This document shows positions 39,057 to 50,721 of a stretch of 56,176 nt of DNA, piece after piece (positions within the stretch are counted from its first letter, which is position 1; every line of letters starts with the position of its first letter). The DNA lies in the IMG/VR virus record IMGVR_UViG_2061766007_000215; one strand, 5' to 3'. Made by a program: the position numbers and the translations under genes. The stretch is from an uncultured virus (IMG/VR IMGVR_UViG_2061766007_000215) (taxonomy: Duplodnaviria > Heunggongvirae > Uroviricota > Caudoviricetes). The notes under the pieces are model-generated. The model had not been told where the DNA came from, did no database searches, and worked only from the letters and a program-made list of their open reading frames with translations.

Positions 39057-42000
39057 TAAAAAAATAGAACAAGATAAAAAATATGCGGATTGGCAAATAT
39101 TCTTTTTAAATAACCTTGATATTTTTACGGAAGAATATTTACAAATTCCTTTACATTATTTTCAAAAACAAGTTTTATTGGATTGTTGGAAAAATGATAT
39201 TGAAGATATTATTGCAAGTCGTGGATTATCAAAGTCTTTTATGATTGGAATACTTGCAAACAATTTAGCGTTGTTATTACCAACAGTTCAAATTGGTATA
39301 TCATCTCTCACTATAGGTCAATCTAATAAAATAATCAATGAAAAGATTGATGAATTATTAACAAGTGAGAAACGTGGTATAAGTCCTGTTTTAAAACAAT
39401 TAAGGAAAGATGGCTATATACAATTTATAAATGATAAAACTACAGAAGCAAAAATTGTAAAATATGGTAATGGTTCAAAAATATTTGCCGTTAACTGCGG
39501 TGAAGGTGGTAGAGGTTCACGTACTAATATTTCAATACTAGACGAAGCAGTTCTAGTAAANNNNNNNNNNATTATTAAAATTACCTTATTTGGAAACAAG
39601 ATTTATGATTAATGAATCTGTGACATTAAATACTGAATATAGGAATGGTTTAGTTAAAGTCGTTGAAGATAGAAGTGCTACAAAAGATAGATATATGGCT
39701 TTAACTATGTTTAATTATTTTGGTGAAAAATTAAAGAATAAATATTTACAAGATGGTGAACCCGATGAAATTGACCTAGATGATTGNNNNNNNNNNGGCA
39801 AATATGCTTGTAGGTAATAGGGATTTTTCTGTAAATTTGGAGGATATAGAACAATATGACCTCTAATGAAATAAGTTTAAGAAAAATAGAACAAGATAAA
39901 AAATATGCGGATTGGCAAATATTTTATTTAAATAATCTTGATATATTTACAGAAGAATATTTGCAAATTCCATTACATTATTTTCAAAAACAAGTTTTGT
40001 TAGATTGTTGGAAAAATGATATTGAAGATATTATTGCAAGTCGTGGATTATCNNNNNNNNNNNNNNNNNNNNNNNNNNNNNNNNNNNNNNNNNNNTACTA
40101 TAGGTCAATCCAATAAAATAATCAATGAAAAGATTGACGAATTATTAACAAGTGAGAAGCGTGGTATAAGTCCTGTTTTAAAACAATTAAGAAAAGATGG
40201 TTATATACAATTTATAAATGATAAAACCACAGAAGCCAAAATTGTAAAATATGGTAATGGTTCAAAAATATTTGCCGTTAACTGTGGTGAAGGTGGCAGA
40301 GGTTCACGTACTAATATTTCAATACTAGACGAAGCAGTTTTAGTAAAGAAAAAAGATTATGATGCAATAGTAGAACCTATGCTTGAACCTTATAATTTTA
40401 ATGGTTTATATCTTGAACCTAAACAATTCTTTTTAAGTTCTGCTAAAACCAAAGATAAATGGTTGTGGCGACATTTAGTAAATTGTGTAAACGGTCATTA
40501 TAAAGATAAAACTATTAAATATGGTTTCTTTTCGGGAGATATTTTTACGGCAGTTGCTAATAAAATTCAAACAAAGAAACAGTATTTAACTAGAAAACAA
40601 GGTACTAATGAATTTGAGTTTAATCAAGAATTTCTAAATTTATGGCAAGGTGAATCAGAAGGTAGTTTATTTACTTATGAACAATTTCATAATGTTCAAG
40701 ATTTACCAAAAGCATTTTATCCTAGAACTACAGATGAAATTATTTCTAAAGAGGAAAATAATTATAATTATAAAGACACACAAATACGATATATGTCAAA
40801 TGATATAGCAGTTGCAAGTGGACAAGAAAACGATAATAGTGTTTGTATTTTAGGAAATCTTGATTTAGAAACCACTAATAAAAATGTTGAATATATAACG
40901 GCATTAAGTGGAATGAATTCAGTTGAACAAGTTAAATTAATAAAAAGATTGTTCTATGAATATAAATGTCAATACTATGTAATGGACTCTAAAGGTATAG
41001 GAAATGTAATATTTGATATGTTAACAGTTCCTACCGAAGATGACGAAACAGGAATTGTATATCCTGCGTGGACAGTTTGTAGTGATAAAAAATTACAAAT
41101 AAGTTCTGATATGGTAGTTAATGACAAAATTAAAAGAACAATTACACCAAATGCAGAAGAAGTAATTATTCCTATAGCGGGTAATGCCGAAATTAACTCT
41201 AATATGCACTTAACGTTACAAACATCATTAAAAAATGAGGATATACATTTATTAATTGATGATGACGAATTTGAATATAAAGAGTCTACNNNNNNNNNNG
41301 GCATTTTATCCTAGAACTACAGATGAAATTATTTCTAAAGAAGAAAATAATTATAATTATAAAGACACTCAAATACGATATATGTCAAACGATATAGCAG
41401 TTGCAAGTGGACAAGAAAATGATAATAGTGTTTGCATTTTAGGAAATCTTGATTTAGAAACCACTAATAAAAATGTTGAATATATNNNNNNNNNNNNNNN
41501 NNNNNNNNNNNNNNNNNNNNNNNNNNNNNNNNNNNNNNNNNNNNNNNNNNNNNNNNNNNNNNNNNNNNNNNNNNNNNNNNNNNNNNNNNNNNNNNNNNNN
41601 NNNNNNNNNNNNNNNNNNNNNNNNNNNNNNNNNNNNNNNNNNNNNNNNNNNNNNNNNNNNNNNNNNNNNNNNNNNNNNNNNNNNNNNNNNNNNNNNNNNN
41701 NNNNNNNNNNNNNNNNNNNNNNNNNNNNNNNNNNNNNNNNNNNNNNNNNNNNNNNNNNNNNNNNNNNNNNNNNNNNNNNNNNNNNNNNNNNNNNNNNNNN
41801 NNNNNNNNNNNNNNNNNNNNNNNNNNNNNNNNNNNNNNNNNNNNNNNNNNNNNNNNNNNNNNNNNNNNNNNNNNNNNNNNNNNNNNNNNNNNNNNNNNNN
41901 NNNNNNNNNNNNNNNNNNNNNNNNNNNNNNNNNNNNGTTATTAAAATTACCTTACTTGGAAACAAGATTTATGATTAATGAATCTGTAACATTAAATACT

Positions 42001-42177
42001 GAATATAGGAATGGCTTAGTTAAAGTTATTGAAGATAGAAGTGCTACAAAAGATAGATATATGACTTTGGCTATGTTTAATTATTTTGGTGAAAAATTAA
42101 AAAATAAATATTTACAAGATGGTGAACCCGATGAAATTGACCTAGATGATTGGAAATGGTTAAGCGGGAATTTTTAA
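39046..42177 (+). CDS. terL: Terminase large subunit, interleaved fragments of two copies
   Basis: Walker A-like ASRGLSKS, GSR, Walker B ILDEA, LSSA, FNQEF, nuclease DIA...NDNS, DSKGIG, KDRY. Confidence 0.85.
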
Positions 42178-42196
42178 TACTTTGTGGTAAATAAAT

Positions 42197-43015
42197 ATGG
42201 GATTACTTGATAAAGAAGTTTATGTGGGTGTAAATAATAAAAAATATTATATAGAAAAAGGATATAAAATTCCTACTATAGAAAAAACTTACTATTATAA
42301 AAATGGTAAAAAAGATAGAACTAGAATTATTACACCTAAAGGAACTAAGATTAAAGTAAAAATAGAAGATATACCATTACAAAGTATGGTAAAAGTAAAC
42401 GTTCAATGTGATTGTTGTAAAAGAATTTATAAAACAAAATATCAAGATTATTTTAGACAAAATCATAATGGTAAAATATATTGTAATAAATGTGCAAATA
42501 CAATATTATTCACAGGAGAAGATAACCCAAGATGGAATAATAATTTATCACAAGAAGAACGTATTAATAAAAGAAAAACCGATAAAGATGTAATATGGAA
42601 AAAGAAAATTTTTGCAAGAGATAAATATACTTGTAGAAAATGTGGTAAACAATCTAATCTAACCGCACATCATTTAAATGGATATAATTGGTGTGTAGAA
42701 GAAAGATATTCCATAGAAAATGGAGTTTGCTTATGTGAAGATTGTCATAAAAATTTTCATAGTACATATGGTTATGGAAACAATACAAAAGAACAATTTA
42801 TTGAATGGTTTGGCAAGGATTTAAAGTTATTATCCTATAATGGGAAAATAAAAACTTGTAAAGTTGCCTATTGTATTGAAGATGATGAGATTATATATAA
42901 TATAAAACAATATGCCAAAGAAAATGGATTAGATGATAGTTGTATATATAATGTTTGTAATGGTAAACAAGGTACACATAAATCTAAACATTTTATATGG
43001 TATAGAAAGGAATAG
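42197..43015 (+). CDS. Free-standing HNH endonuclease (one strain only)
   Basis: RDKYTCRKC...HHL...NGVCLCEDCHKNFH; Zn ribbon; C-terminal HTH-like tail. Confidence 0.85.
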   Translation: MGLLDKEVYVGVNNKKYYIEKGYKIPTIEKTYYYKNGKKDRTRIITPKGTKIKVKIEDIPLQSMVKVNVQCDCCKRIYKTKYQDYFRQNHNGKIYCNKCANTILFTGEDNPRWNNNLSQEERINKRKTDKDVIWKKKIFARDKYTCRKCGKQSNLTAHHLNGYNWCVEERYSIENGVCLCEDCHKNFHSTYGYGNNTKEQFIEWFGKDLKLLSYNGKIKTCKVAYCIEDDEIIYNIKQYAKENGLDDSCIYNVCNGKQGTHKSKHFIWYRKE

Positions 43016-43062
43016 ATATGGCTGAAAAGACGAAAAAGGACTCTTTAACCACNNNNNNNNNN

Positions 43063-44028
43063 GCCTTCATTTGGAGATGTTTGAACCCAAGTAGAAAATT
43101 CACCATTTCTATAATCCAACTGAGATGCAGGATTATATACATTTTCTTTTCCATCAAAGGCTTCTCTAAATTTCTTTTTAAGAGCAGGAGCGAACAAGTT
43201 TATATCTACAGTAGCATTTAAGAAATAATTAACATTAAAGTCATAAAGTAACTGACTACAATTAAAATATCCTGTTAACAGACAATACTTCTGTGGCATA
43301 ATCTGTAGACCAAACTTTTCATTTCTTTTTATCTTAGTTTCTTCATCACTTAATTCAATAGGATTTTCTATTTCGTGCGTATCTCTAAACCAAGTAAAGC
43401 AAGTTTCTCTTCTTAACATTTCTTTTACAACTTTTTTAAACTCTAACTTGTAATCAAAGTTGTCTAAGAACTTTTGTACTCTTTTTACATCATCAAGATA
43501 CTCTTTCGATTTATATTCACTTGGATTTTTAATATTTTTACAAGTATAAGATAAATCAAAAGCCAATAACCCCTCATAATACCTTAATGTCTTGGCATAT
43601 ATAGCATCCCATATTTCCATAAATTCGGAATATGCGGCTAAACTACCATAATCGTATGGAGCAGACTCTAAAGCCTTAGTTAACTTCTCCATTGTTGGTT
43701 TAGCAGGATTATTATTTAATCTTAGTAAGTTTTGATTTTGAGTAAATGGAGTANNNNNNNNNNTCCTTCATAATACCTTAACGTTTTGGCATATATAGCA
43801 TCCCATATTTCCATAAATTCGGAATATGCGGATAAACTACCATAATCATATGGAGCAGACTCTAAAGCCTTTACTAATTTCTCCATAGTAGGTTTAACAG
43901 GATTATTATTTAATCTTAGTAAGTTTTGATTTTGAGTAAATGGAGTAGCAAAGCCGAAACCGAAACCACCAAAATTGCTATATAAAGCATTACTAAAACT
44001 AAGGACACTATCTAATTCTTGGGTGGTT
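43063..44028 (-). CDS. Portal protein fragments on inverted contigs
   Basis: Overlap (LDYRNGEFSTWVQTSPNEG) with 44231..45121 and with the N-terminus at 43018. Confidence 0.7.
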
Positions 44029-44230
44029 NNNNNNNNNNGAAATTGCTATTATATAAAGCATTACTAAAACTAAGGACACTATCTAATTCTTGGGTGGTTA
44101 AAGAGTCCTTTTTCGTCTTTTCAGCCATATCTATTCCTTTCTACTAGAAGTTCCCGCTTAACCATTTCCAATCATCTAGGTCAATTTCATCGGGTTCACC
44201 NNNNNNNNNNGATATAATCCTGCGGCTCAG

Positions 44231-45121
44231 TTGGATTATAGGAATGGTGAATTTTCTACTTGGGTTCAAACATCTCCAAATGAAGGTGCATACGCATTTA
44301 AGTTTGATATAGGTAACTTTAGACAAGTTCCACCCTTTATTGGGCTTATGAAAAATTGTATGCCTACAGATGAAGTTGAACAAATGCAGATAGATAAAGA
44401 TTTAATATCCGCATATCTTTTACTTGCAGGTGAAATTGAAACAATTACTACTGAAAAGAGTGGTAATAAAGCCGACCAATTTGCAATTAACCCTAAAACA
44501 ATGGGTCAATTTATGAGTTTAGTAAATAGTGGTCTTAAAAATCATATTAAGCCACTTGCATTACCTCTTAAAAATATAAAGGGTTGGCAATACGAAGATA
44601 AAAATACAGATATGGCAAGTTCATATAATAAGAATACTGCGGCTAAAGGTGCAAGTGCCACAACTCTGATTTATACAACTGATAAAATGACACAGTTTGA
44701 ATTAGAGAACGCAATATATTCAGATTATATGATTATGAAACCCTTATATCAACAGTTTAATCAATTCTTAAACTTTTATATTAATAAGAAAACTGTTAAA
44801 TATAAGTTTGAATTTACTTTAGATGGTCTTGATAGACAATGGGATAGAGAAAAAAGACAGAACGCTTTAAGAACTTACGCTGATAAGGGTATAGTTTTAG
44901 ACCCGACTATGTGGGCTAGTGCTTTAGGTATGAAACCGCAAGATTTCCAACGTAGTTTAGAGTGCGCTCATAATTCTAACTTTGTTGATAATCTTACTAT
45001 GCTACTTAATGTTAATACTATGAAAGATGGTGGTATGGGAGATAATGAAGTTGGTGCGCCCGAAAAAGAGGGATTAGAAAAGTCTGATAAAACCGAAGAA
45101 GTTCAAGACGATATAAACTAA
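44231..45121 (+). CDS. Portal protein, C-terminal part
   Basis: Position between TerL and head genes; C-terminal GAP.K motif. Confidence 0.7.
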   Translation: MDYRNGEFSTWVQTSPNEGAYAFKFDIGNFRQVPPFIGLMKNCMPTDEVEQMQIDKDLISAYLLLAGEIETITTEKSGNKADQFAINPKTMGQFMSLVNSGLKNHIKPLALPLKNIKGWQYEDKNTDMASSYNKNTAAKGASATTLIYTTDKMTQFELENAIYSDYMIMKPLYQQFNQFLNFYINKKTVKYKFEFTLDGLDRQWDREKRQNALRTYADKGIVLDPTMWASALGMKPQDFQRSLECAHNSNFVDNLTMLLNVNTMKDGGMGDNEVGAPEKEGLEKSDKTEEVQDDIN

Positions 45122-45137
45122 AGAAAGGAACTGAATT

Positions 45138-45641
45138 ATGGCTATAAATGTAACAGACGAAACAGTTAAAACATTACAAGCCCTTGTTCACGATGCCTTT
45201 GAAACTAATGCAATACTTGATAGAGTAAAAACAGTAATGACTACAACTTTAGCATTTCCTGTATTTGGTAACTTTGTGCATCTGTTAGCACACAGGTACG
45301 CTATAAATATTGGAGATGGTGTTGGTGATTTATTAGAAGATTATAACGAACCTGTTGAATATGGTAATATTCCAACACACGTTAGCGATTATTCTGATAT
45401 TCAATCTGCTATTGATGCGGTTTATAATGCAGTTTTAACTTATCAAAATGAATTGAATCAAAGTGCTAAAGTAGCATTTGATAATATGGACACACATATT
45501 TATGAAGGTCTGCTAGAAATTATTGAAGAACACAATAAATATGTTAAACAAGTTATTTTATGGAAAGATATAACAGATAGATACAAAGATTCTCCGTCAC
45601 TTGATGTTCATTCAGAACATTATAATATTTTAGGAGAGTAA
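45138..45641 (+). CDS. Degenerate ferritin-like four-helix protein
   Basis: Length and hydrophobic pattern follow ferritin; ferroxidase residues mostly absent. Confidence 0.5.
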   Translation: MAINVTDETVKTLQALVHDAFETNAILDRVKTVMTTTLAFPVFGNFVHLLAHRYAINIGDGVGDLLEDYNEPVEYGNIPTHVSDYSDIQSAIDAVYNAVLTYQNELNQSAKVAFDNMDTHIYEGLLEIIEEHNKYVKQVILWKDITDRYKDSPSLDVHSEHYNILGE

Positions 45642-45642
45642 T

Positions 45643-45812
45643 ATGATTATTAGAAAGACACCTAAAAATCCGATGGATTATTGTATAGTGGATTCTGATA
45701 TTAATGAAATATTATATAGTAACGGCTACCAACCAAAATATATGTCTTTTGATGGTAGTCGTTACTATTATGTTAAAACGGAGAATATTTTAAATTTCAT
45801 AAATAATAATAA
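45643..45812 (+). CDS. Small hypothetical protein (interrupted by gap)
   Basis: GGAG RBS. Confidence 0.6.
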
Positions 45813-45910
45813 NNNNNNNNNNCTACTATTATGTTAAAACGGAGAATATTTTAAGTTTCATAAATAATAATAACTTGGTTGTATTAGATTCATAAAGGTG
45901 GGTAAGCAAT

Positions 45911-46731
45911 ATGGAAAACAAATACTATTTTAGTGTTAGTGATATTCAAACTGTTGCTACCGAAGATTCTGTTGAATTTGCTATTGCAAAGATAGCAGTT
46001 TTGTCTACTAAACCTAACTCACATAAAGTAAACATTACAGAAGAAATTCTTAGACGTGATGGATTAAGTATTTTAGGTAAGTGGGTTGTTGCTGATTTTG
46101 ACGGAACAGATACTACCACTCATACAAACAATGAAAAAATAGTTGGTATTATTCCAAATGACCAAACTCCCGAATTTGTTAAAAACGAAGATGGGTCAGT
46201 TACAATGTTTGTTGAAGCGGTTATTTCTAAAATATATGCTACTGAGGTTTATGAATTATTCAGAACACATAACTTTAGAAATGTATCTGTAGAAATGGGT
46301 ACTGCTGATGATACCGAAAGAGAAGATGGTTCAATAGATATTGCAGGACTATGTATATATGGTGTTACAATTCTTGGATTATCTGTTGGTGGTTCTTGCC
46401 CCGATGCTAATATGAGCATTATTCGTTTTAGTAGTGATGATGCAAGTAAGTATTATCATAATACTAAGCATTTTAGTTTAAGGGAATTAGCAGAAAAGAG
46501 AAACGAGGACTTAAAGGTGACTTCACACCCTATTGATAAATCTAAAAATGCGGTAGATATGGGGTCTTGGGATGGTGACAAGGCTAAAGATGATTTACTA
46601 AAAGAAAAGAATTTTAAGACACTTGCTAAAAGTGTATGCTTATTATTAGAAGATGGTTGGGAAGATAAAGAAAAGGGTGCATTAAAATATCCTGTTATGA
46701 ACCTTAAAAATGGTAAGTGGGTTTATAATGC
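45911..46731 (+). CDS. Prohead protease domain (N-terminal part)
   Basis: NSH, H...IVG, SVEM and GVTILG motifs; position. Confidence 0.75.
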
Positions 46732-46741
46732 NNNNNNNNNN

Positions 46742-47218
46742 GAAGTTGATGTAGCAGGTGGTGGGCTTCTTGTTCTTTCTGCTCCTACAACACAGGGTGA
46801 TGACGTATGGACAGCAGAAGAACCCGATTCTGAACTTGGTGGATTATGGATTGCTTATAATCCCGAAGTTAAGTATATCGAAGTTAATGGTAAGAAGTAT
46901 GCAGGACTTTCTGCTGATGCTAGAGATTACACAAACCTTGCAGGTGAAGTATTTGACGCATTTAAGCCCAAGTTAGGTGATGAAATCGTTATTACGGCTG
47001 AGTGTGTTGCTGATTCTGATGTAGACGATGTTGTTGCAGGTGACTTCCTTGAAGCAGTTGATGGTGAAACCACATTTGCTAGAGTTGCGGCAGGAACAGG
47101 TGCTACGGCAGGTTCAACTGCATTTAAGGTTGAATGGGTAGGTTCTGTTGAGTTTCCACAGGCAAACATCGGTATTGAAAAGGTTAAGGCTTTCAAGGCA
47201 GTTTGCGTACAGGAATAA
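46742..47218 (+). CDS. Head decoration protein, other-strain copy (partial)
   Basis: Homologous to 48091..48642; fused to protease only across an N gap. Confidence 0.7.
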   Translation, partial: EVDVAGGGLLVLSAPTTQGDDVWTAEEPDSELGGLWIAYNPEVKYIEVNGKKYAGLSADARDYTNLAGEVFDAFKPKLGDEIVITAECVADSDVDDVVAGDFLEAVDGETTFARVAAGTGATAGSTAFKVEWVGSVEFPQANIGIEKVKAFKAVCVQE

Positions 47219-47239
47219 TTAAAATATATNNNNNNNNNN

Positions 47240-48068
47240 TTCCGTTGCTGATAAAGCAATCTCAATTCAGAAAAAATTGGGTTTATATAAAGATAATGAA
47301 GATTCTAACAAGGAGGAAAAGGAAAAGATGGGAAATGAAGATAACAAGAATTTTTCCAATTCCGAGGATAAAGAAAAAGATGTTATAATGGAAGAGAATA
47401 AAGAAAAGGATATGGCTTGTGGTGACGACAAGGATAAAGAACTTTGTGGTGACAAGAAGATGGCTGAATCCGAAGATGAAAAGTTAAAGGACGAAAAGAA
47501 AGAAGAAGATAACATCAAAGACGAAGAAAAGAAAATGGCAGAAGAATCCGAGGACGAAAAATTAAAGGAAGAGAAAGAAGAAGAGGACGATATTAAGGAT
47601 GAAGAAAAGAAGTTCTCTCTTGATGCTTATGTTGACGAAGCGGCTATAATTGCTATGCTTGAAAACGAAACAGAAGAGAACAAGGCTCTTGCTAATCAAG
47701 TTGCTAAAGAATTTTCTGCAAATGATATTGTCGCTAAGATTCTTGAACTTTCAAAAGAAAATGCAGAACTTAAAGCAGAAAAGAAACTTGCCGAAGTTGA
47801 AAAGGCTGAAAAGAAGTTCTCTGCTATTATGGCTTCTGTAAAAGAAGATTTAGATGAAAAGACTTTTGCTGAACTTTCTGAGGAAGGTAAAGGACTTTCA
47901 TTTGAAGAACTTGGTGGTTTTGAAAACAAGGTTAAGGCTTTTGCTTACGAAGCAACCAAGAAAAATAAAGATAACAATGAAGAAGATGATGTCGTAAGAT
48001 TTGCTTCTTCTAACAATGAAAACGTTGAAACAGATAATGATGTATTCAATAGAATTTCAAAAATGTAA
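47240..48068 (+). CDS. Scaffold-like acidic coiled-coil region (probably C-terminus of the protease gene)
   Basis: E/K/D-rich, internal ~25-aa tandem repeat KKMAESEDEKLK. Confidence 0.7.
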
Positions 48069-48090
48069 TATATAAAGGAGATTGATAATT

Positions 48091-48642
48091 ATGGCATATG
48101 GTGTACTTATTGAGTCTATGATTCAAGCAAAAAATATTGATGCACTTAACAGAAGCGTAAAGGCACAGATTGATGTAGCAGGTGGTGGACTCCTTGCTCT
48201 TACTGCTCCTACAACACAGGGAGATGACGTATGGACGGCTGCCGCACCCGCTACGGGAAACCTTGGTGACCTTTGGATTGCTTACAATCCCGAAGTTAAG
48301 TATATTTCAGTTAATGGTAAGAAGTTCGCAGGACTTTCTGCTGATGCTAGAGATTACACAAACCTTGCAGGTGAAGTATTTGATGCTTTCAAACCCAAGG
48401 TAGGTGACGAAATCGTTATTACTGTTGATGCAGTTGATAATACAAGTGCAAGTGCAGTAGCAGGTGATATTCTTGAATCTAAGGCAGGACAGACGCTCTT
48501 TACAAGAGTTGCGGCTGCTACAGGTGCTACCGCAGGTTCTACTGCTTTTGAAATTGAATGGGTTGGTACTATTGACTTCCCTAAAGCAAACATTGGTATT
48601 GATAAGGTTAAGGCTTTCAAGGCAGTTTGCGTACAGGAATAA
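48091..48642 (+). CDS. Putative head decoration protein
   Basis: A/G/T-rich, directly before MCP, strongly biased codons. Confidence 0.65.
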   Translation: MAYGVLIESMIQAKNIDALNRSVKAQIDVAGGGLLALTAPTTQGDDVWTAAAPATGNLGDLWIAYNPEVKYISVNGKKFAGLSADARDYTNLAGEVFDAFKPKVGDEIVITVDAVDNTSASAVAGDILESKAGQTLFTRVAAATGATAGSTAFEIEWVGTIDFPKANIGIDKVKAFKAVCVQE

Positions 48643-48682
48643 TTAAAATATATATTGTAAAAATTTAAAAAGGAGATAGATT

Positions 48683-49777
48683 ATGGAATTTGCTAATGTA
48701 AAGGCATTTGCAGAAGTGTCTAAAGATTTATACGATGCTATGAAAGCATTTTCTCTTAATTATAATAACGAAAGAAAGGGTCTTTCTGCTTTTTCAGACC
48801 ATTCTCGTGAAGAAATGGCTAAGTGCATAAACAAGGCTTTTGCTCTTGAAATTGCAAAGCAGAGTGGCGTTGAACTTCCTAACCTTGAAAACAAGACAGA
48901 AGTTAGACGTTTTGCTATGAACCCTATGGTAAGATATTTCGCAAATCAGATTCAAGACGTAATGATTGATATGGTTCTTCCCGAAACTCTTATGACGGGT
49001 TCTCTTAGATATTTTGCTGATATTAGAAATGCAGACCTTGGAGATTCAATCAAGTTTGATATTAAGTCAAATTCACTCTTTACTGTTTCTAAGGCAGGTA
49101 ACAGACAGAGAACAACTAATCAGCAAAAAACTTTCCGTACAACTGTTACAATGACAGGTGTAAATCACGAAATTACGATTGGAACGACTCTCTTTGAGAT
49201 GCTTACGGGTCAGTCTTTCCTTGCAGAAGAGGTTATGAAAGTTGCTCGTTCTATTGAAACGACAATGCTCTTTGAAGCATATGACGCTTTCACAACTGAG
49301 GCTAACGCTCTTACGGGTAATCTTGCAGTTGCTAACTACGCAGAATCTTCACTTATTAGTCTTTGCGAAACCATTACGGCTTATAACCAAGGACGTAAGG
49401 CAGTTATTCTTGGTACTCCTGTAGCACTCAAGGACGTTCTTCCCGATAATGCTAATTATCGTTATCTTCTTGAAGATGATTATGTAAAACTTGGACACCT
49501 TCAAACATTCAACGGATATGATGTTCTTCCTATGGAACAGGTTGCTAATCCTTATTCAGCAACACCTTACGCTCTTAAACTTGATGATACTAAGATTTAT
49601 GTAGTATCTCCTGCAAGTGATAAGATTGTTAAGATTGGTGTATTTGGTGGAACATTCTCACATCAAGATAACGCTTATGATAACGCTAACAAGCAAATTG
49701 AGAATACTACCGAAAAGAGTTGGGAAGTTGCTGTGGTTACAAATTCAGTAGCAGGTGTTGTTAAGAAACTTCACTAA
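48683..49777 (+). CDS. Major capsid protein
   Basis: 364 aa, position, codon bias, followed by a hairpin; second-strain C-terminus at 52349..52484. Confidence 0.8.
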   Translation: MEFANVKAFAEVSKDLYDAMKAFSLNYNNERKGLSAFSDHSREEMAKCINKAFALEIAKQSGVELPNLENKTEVRRFAMNPMVRYFANQIQDVMIDMVLPETLMTGSLRYFADIRNADLGDSIKFDIKSNSLFTVSKAGNRQRTTNQQKTFRTTVTMTGVNHEITIGTTLFEMLTGQSFLAEEVMKVARSIETTMLFEAYDAFTTEANALTGNLAVANYAESSLISLCETITAYNQGRKAVILGTPVALKDVLPDNANYRYLLEDDYVKLGHLQTFNGYDVLPMEQVANPYSATPYALKLDDTKIYVVSPASDKIVKIGVFGGTFSHQDNAYDNANKQIENTTEKSWEVAVVTNSVAGVVKKLH

Positions 49778-49792
49778 TTTAATATAAAACTT

Positions 49793-49816
49793 TAGGGGAA
49801 CTTAATTGTTCCCCTA
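49793..49816 (+). terminator. Hairpin after MCP
   Basis: TAGGGGAAC...GTTCCCCTA; equivalent hairpin 52512-52537. Confidence 0.6.
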
Positions 49817-49841
49817 GTACATAGAATAGAGGAATTAAAAT

Positions 49842-50531
49842 ATGGCTGAAACAAAACGTAGGGGTAGACCACCTAAGTCAGAAAATACTCCTAAAGTAGA
49901 AGAAAAGAAAACTGATAATATCCAAGACGAACTTATTAAAAAGTTAATGGCTCAAATTGAAGCACAAAATGCTAAAATGGCAGAAATGCAAAAACAGATT
50001 GAAAGTAAATCTCAACCTGTTGTTGTAAGTAATAACAACGAATCTATTCGTGGTAAAAAGGTTAAAGTAGTAAACCTTATGCAAAATCCACTTAATATTT
50101 CTACTGAACCTAATGGCGGTGGAAGAACTTATTCATTTAAGAATTATGGTGATAGTAGACTTATTAAATTTGATGATTTAGCAGATATAGTAGCATCTTA
50201 TCCATATACTATGGAACACGGTCTAGCATATATTTGTGATAAAGAAGTTGTAAAAGAACTTGGTCTTGAAGATGAATATGCTAAACTTTTTGATAAAGAT
50301 AAAATGGATAAAGTTGTTAAACTAAGAGAAGAAGCAGACCTTGAATTATTCCTTGGTATGGATATTAATTTACAGGATTCTGCCGCTATACGTATAGCAG
50401 AACTTATAAACGCAAATGAGAGAATGGATTATAATTATTTGCGTACTATTAAAGAAAAGACGGGTATTGATATTGAAGAAATTGCAAAAGAACTTAAAGA
50501 ACTTCAAAGAAAGCCCGATGATGAAGAATAA
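49842..50531 (+). CDS. Head-region protein with AT-hook (KRRGRPPK) and coiled coil
   Basis: Motif, position after MCP. Confidence 0.7.
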   Translation: MAETKRRGRPPKSENTPKVEEKKTDNIQDELIKKLMAQIEAQNAKMAEMQKQIESKSQPVVVSNNNESIRGKKVKVVNLMQNPLNISTEPNGGGRTYSFKNYGDSRLIKFDDLADIVASYPYTMEHGLAYICDKEVVKELGLEDEYAKLFDKDKMDKVVKLREEADLELFLGMDINLQDSAAIRIAELINANERMDYNYLRTIKEKTGIDIEEIAKELKELQRKPDDEE

Positions 50532-50633
50532 TTAAAATATTATAATGCGGTGGCGTGGAGTGAAAAGGCGAAAGAAAAAACTTATTCAACAGTATGAGGG
50601 AATCTACCCTTGCCGAGTCACCGCATTAAACAA

Positions 50634-50721
50634 AAATAAGTAGGACAGAGGGTTGCAAACCTTTTCTGTTACCACCATAACAGATTACTACTTATTTATA
50701 TTATCTTGGTGGAGATAAAAA
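50634..50721 (+). ncRNA. Three-way-junction RNA leader with loop-RBS pairing, copy 1
   Basis: Covarying stems versus 52580-52666. Confidence 0.7.

Noticed and set aside
18053..41978. Long ORFs made mostly of X (e.g. 18053..18916, 23037..23795, 41369..41965)
   Set aside because: Artefacts of reading through N runs
39046..42177. Intron- or intein-split terminase
   Set aside because: Interruptions are N gaps and redundant overlaps; no intron or intein motifs seen
43045..44383. Biological inversion of the portal gene
   Set aside because: Inverted pieces are bounded by N gaps and overlap forward pieces; scaffolding orientation error
45911..47218. Protease-decoration fusion (435-aa ORF)
   Set aside because: Joined across a 10-N gap; the second half is the other strain's decoration gene
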